Of a stretch of 64,000 nucleotides of DNA, positions 62,254-64,000 are shown in pieces. A program made the translations under genes and the position numbers. The stretch is taken from assembly GCA_051294905.1 (NCBI GenBank), contig CM119372.1, forward strand, positions 25,174,001 to 25,238,000, in the 5' to 3' direction. The notes beneath the pieces were generated by a model that worked only from the letters and a program-made list of their open reading frames with translations, was not told where the DNA came from and ran no database searches. The number at the start of each line of letters is the position of its first letter. Position 1 is the stretch's first letter. Origin of the DNA: Botryllus schlosseri. Taxonomy: Eukaryota.

Positions 62254-64000
62254 CCCTAATGACTTCCAGATTTCATATTTTGCAGCAGACTGGCAAATAA
62301 CAACAAAATCTATTCTGTAGATCTGCAAAATTTGTATGGACTCAAAGAAACGATTTCTTTGTTATTTAAACAAAAGTGATAGGCATTAACCTGATATAAA
62401 TCCTTGTAATGCAAGCCCAAGAATATTTTTGATGCCTGGTTAGCGGGCCCAATTTCATTAAGAGTAAAAAAATACTTTGTTACTTGTTTATCGTGGTAGT
62501 GGTAGTGAAACTGATATATTCATTGATTGTTTTTTTACAATAAAATTAGAAATTTACAAGCCATAATTTGATCAATTATAAATATGTTTTAATGATTTGT
62601 GTTGATCATGTTTTCCGCTAACGGACGTAACCAATGAATTTGATTCCACGCCATTGTCACAAAAGTTGAAGATACTAAATGATATTTTGTTATCACTATC
62701 CCTAATTCCCTATGCATTCATTTTCATGATTGAACGAGTTGCATGATATTTGTAGTGAGTTTGCTCTTGATCATTTGTGATGTTCGTGATTTCATGGAGT
62801 ATTCCGGAAACATTTTCAACTGCTGATCTGAATTTATGAAACCCTGTCACAGCAGCTATTGGAAATTTCAATGTTTGCACGTATTTAATCACCCATGTTG
62901 GGTATTATAAGCGTCATCTATTCATGAATCAATAAAATCTGATTTTATTTTGAGCCCTGCGTTCCGGTGACTAGTCAACCAGCTACTTTGAGGCTGAACA
63001 CTTTTTAGGTAAACACTTTTAATTTAAACACTTCGCAACACTTCTAGGCGTTCAATTTTTGGATCACGTTTCGTGTTCAGTTTTCCGGGTTGAGCAACAC
63101 TTCAGAATTTACAGTGTAATTGATGCACGGCGAGCGTTTTCACTGGACGATCAGTGCCAATGTGCCCTTTATCTCCGATTTTTTTCTCGTCTGTGATAAC
63201 GAGAGTACTTCAGGTGTCATGTTACAACACAGCGGGACAACTCGCTATTTCGCGTTACAAATAAATATGATATCTTGCCATGTTTTAATCAAATGCCCAA
63301 TGCGGAATCTGTTTGAAACATGAATGAATTTGATACAACTCGGTTGTGTGAGTAACGACTGCCCGGTGCCCGCCTTTCAGTGCTATGGTATCTCGGAGTC
63401 TTGTCCTGCTTTCACACATTCAGCCAAAAATAGAAACAATCATAAACGCATCGGAGGCGCGAAAAATTAGGTATTTCAGCGATTGGCTATGTATTACAGT
63501 TCTATAAATGTTCGATGTAATGTGGTAATAACGAGATGATATAGTCCTGCGTAATCCACATTTGTCTCTTTTGCATCGTAATCCAATTAAGGAATGCTTT
63601 TTCGAATACTAGCCTGAGCCTAAGCCTGGGCCTGAGACGGGCTACTGACATCAACGATTGCATCGCGCTTTTGCACACATTTGGTCTTTACTCTTTACCA
63701 TCCCAATTCCCAACATAGAAAAAATGCTACATCAATTTAGCGAACGATACTATGTTGAATCAAGACTCATCATGGTGCATAATTTGAATTAATCCAGATC
63801 CGCAGAAACGATCTGTGAACATTTCATAGCAAAGGCGAAGGTGTATTTGCGCGAATATTAAACCATGACAATTATGAGATGTGTTAGAGGACGAGTAACG
63901 ATTAGCAAGACGGGCAGTCGTTACTCCAGCAACCAAGCTAGTTCATCGCCACTTTCATCAATAAATAAGAGATTCCGCATTCAACATTATTATTTGTGAA

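Overview
Eukaryotic, AT-rich, repeat-dense animal DNA. An invertebrate is likely, possibly an ascidian, but that is only an impression from the short GT-AG introns and the repeat landscape. Two spliced genes can be rebuilt by hand with consistent exon phases. One is a 4-exon GT10 alpha-1,3/4-fucosyltransferase on the minus strand (11343-15569, 406 aa). The other is a 10-exon PX-SH3-SH3 protein of the p47phox/NOXO1/Tks organiser family on the plus strand (37598-40282, 609 aa), whose two SH3 domains are separated by a long Ser-rich insert. Most of the remaining sequence is mobile DNA: more than 15 non-autonomous hAT-type elements with readable TIRs and 8-bp TSDs (several nested), a 615-bp Sola2-like foldback, tRNA-derived SINEs, a truncated CR1/L2-group LINE, a candidate Penelope-type minimal hammerhead ribozyme insertion, and a tandem duplication with decayed exon-like blocks. 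No prokaryotic features, CRISPR arrays, rRNA or true tRNA genes were seen. Most short ORFs in the track are spurious.
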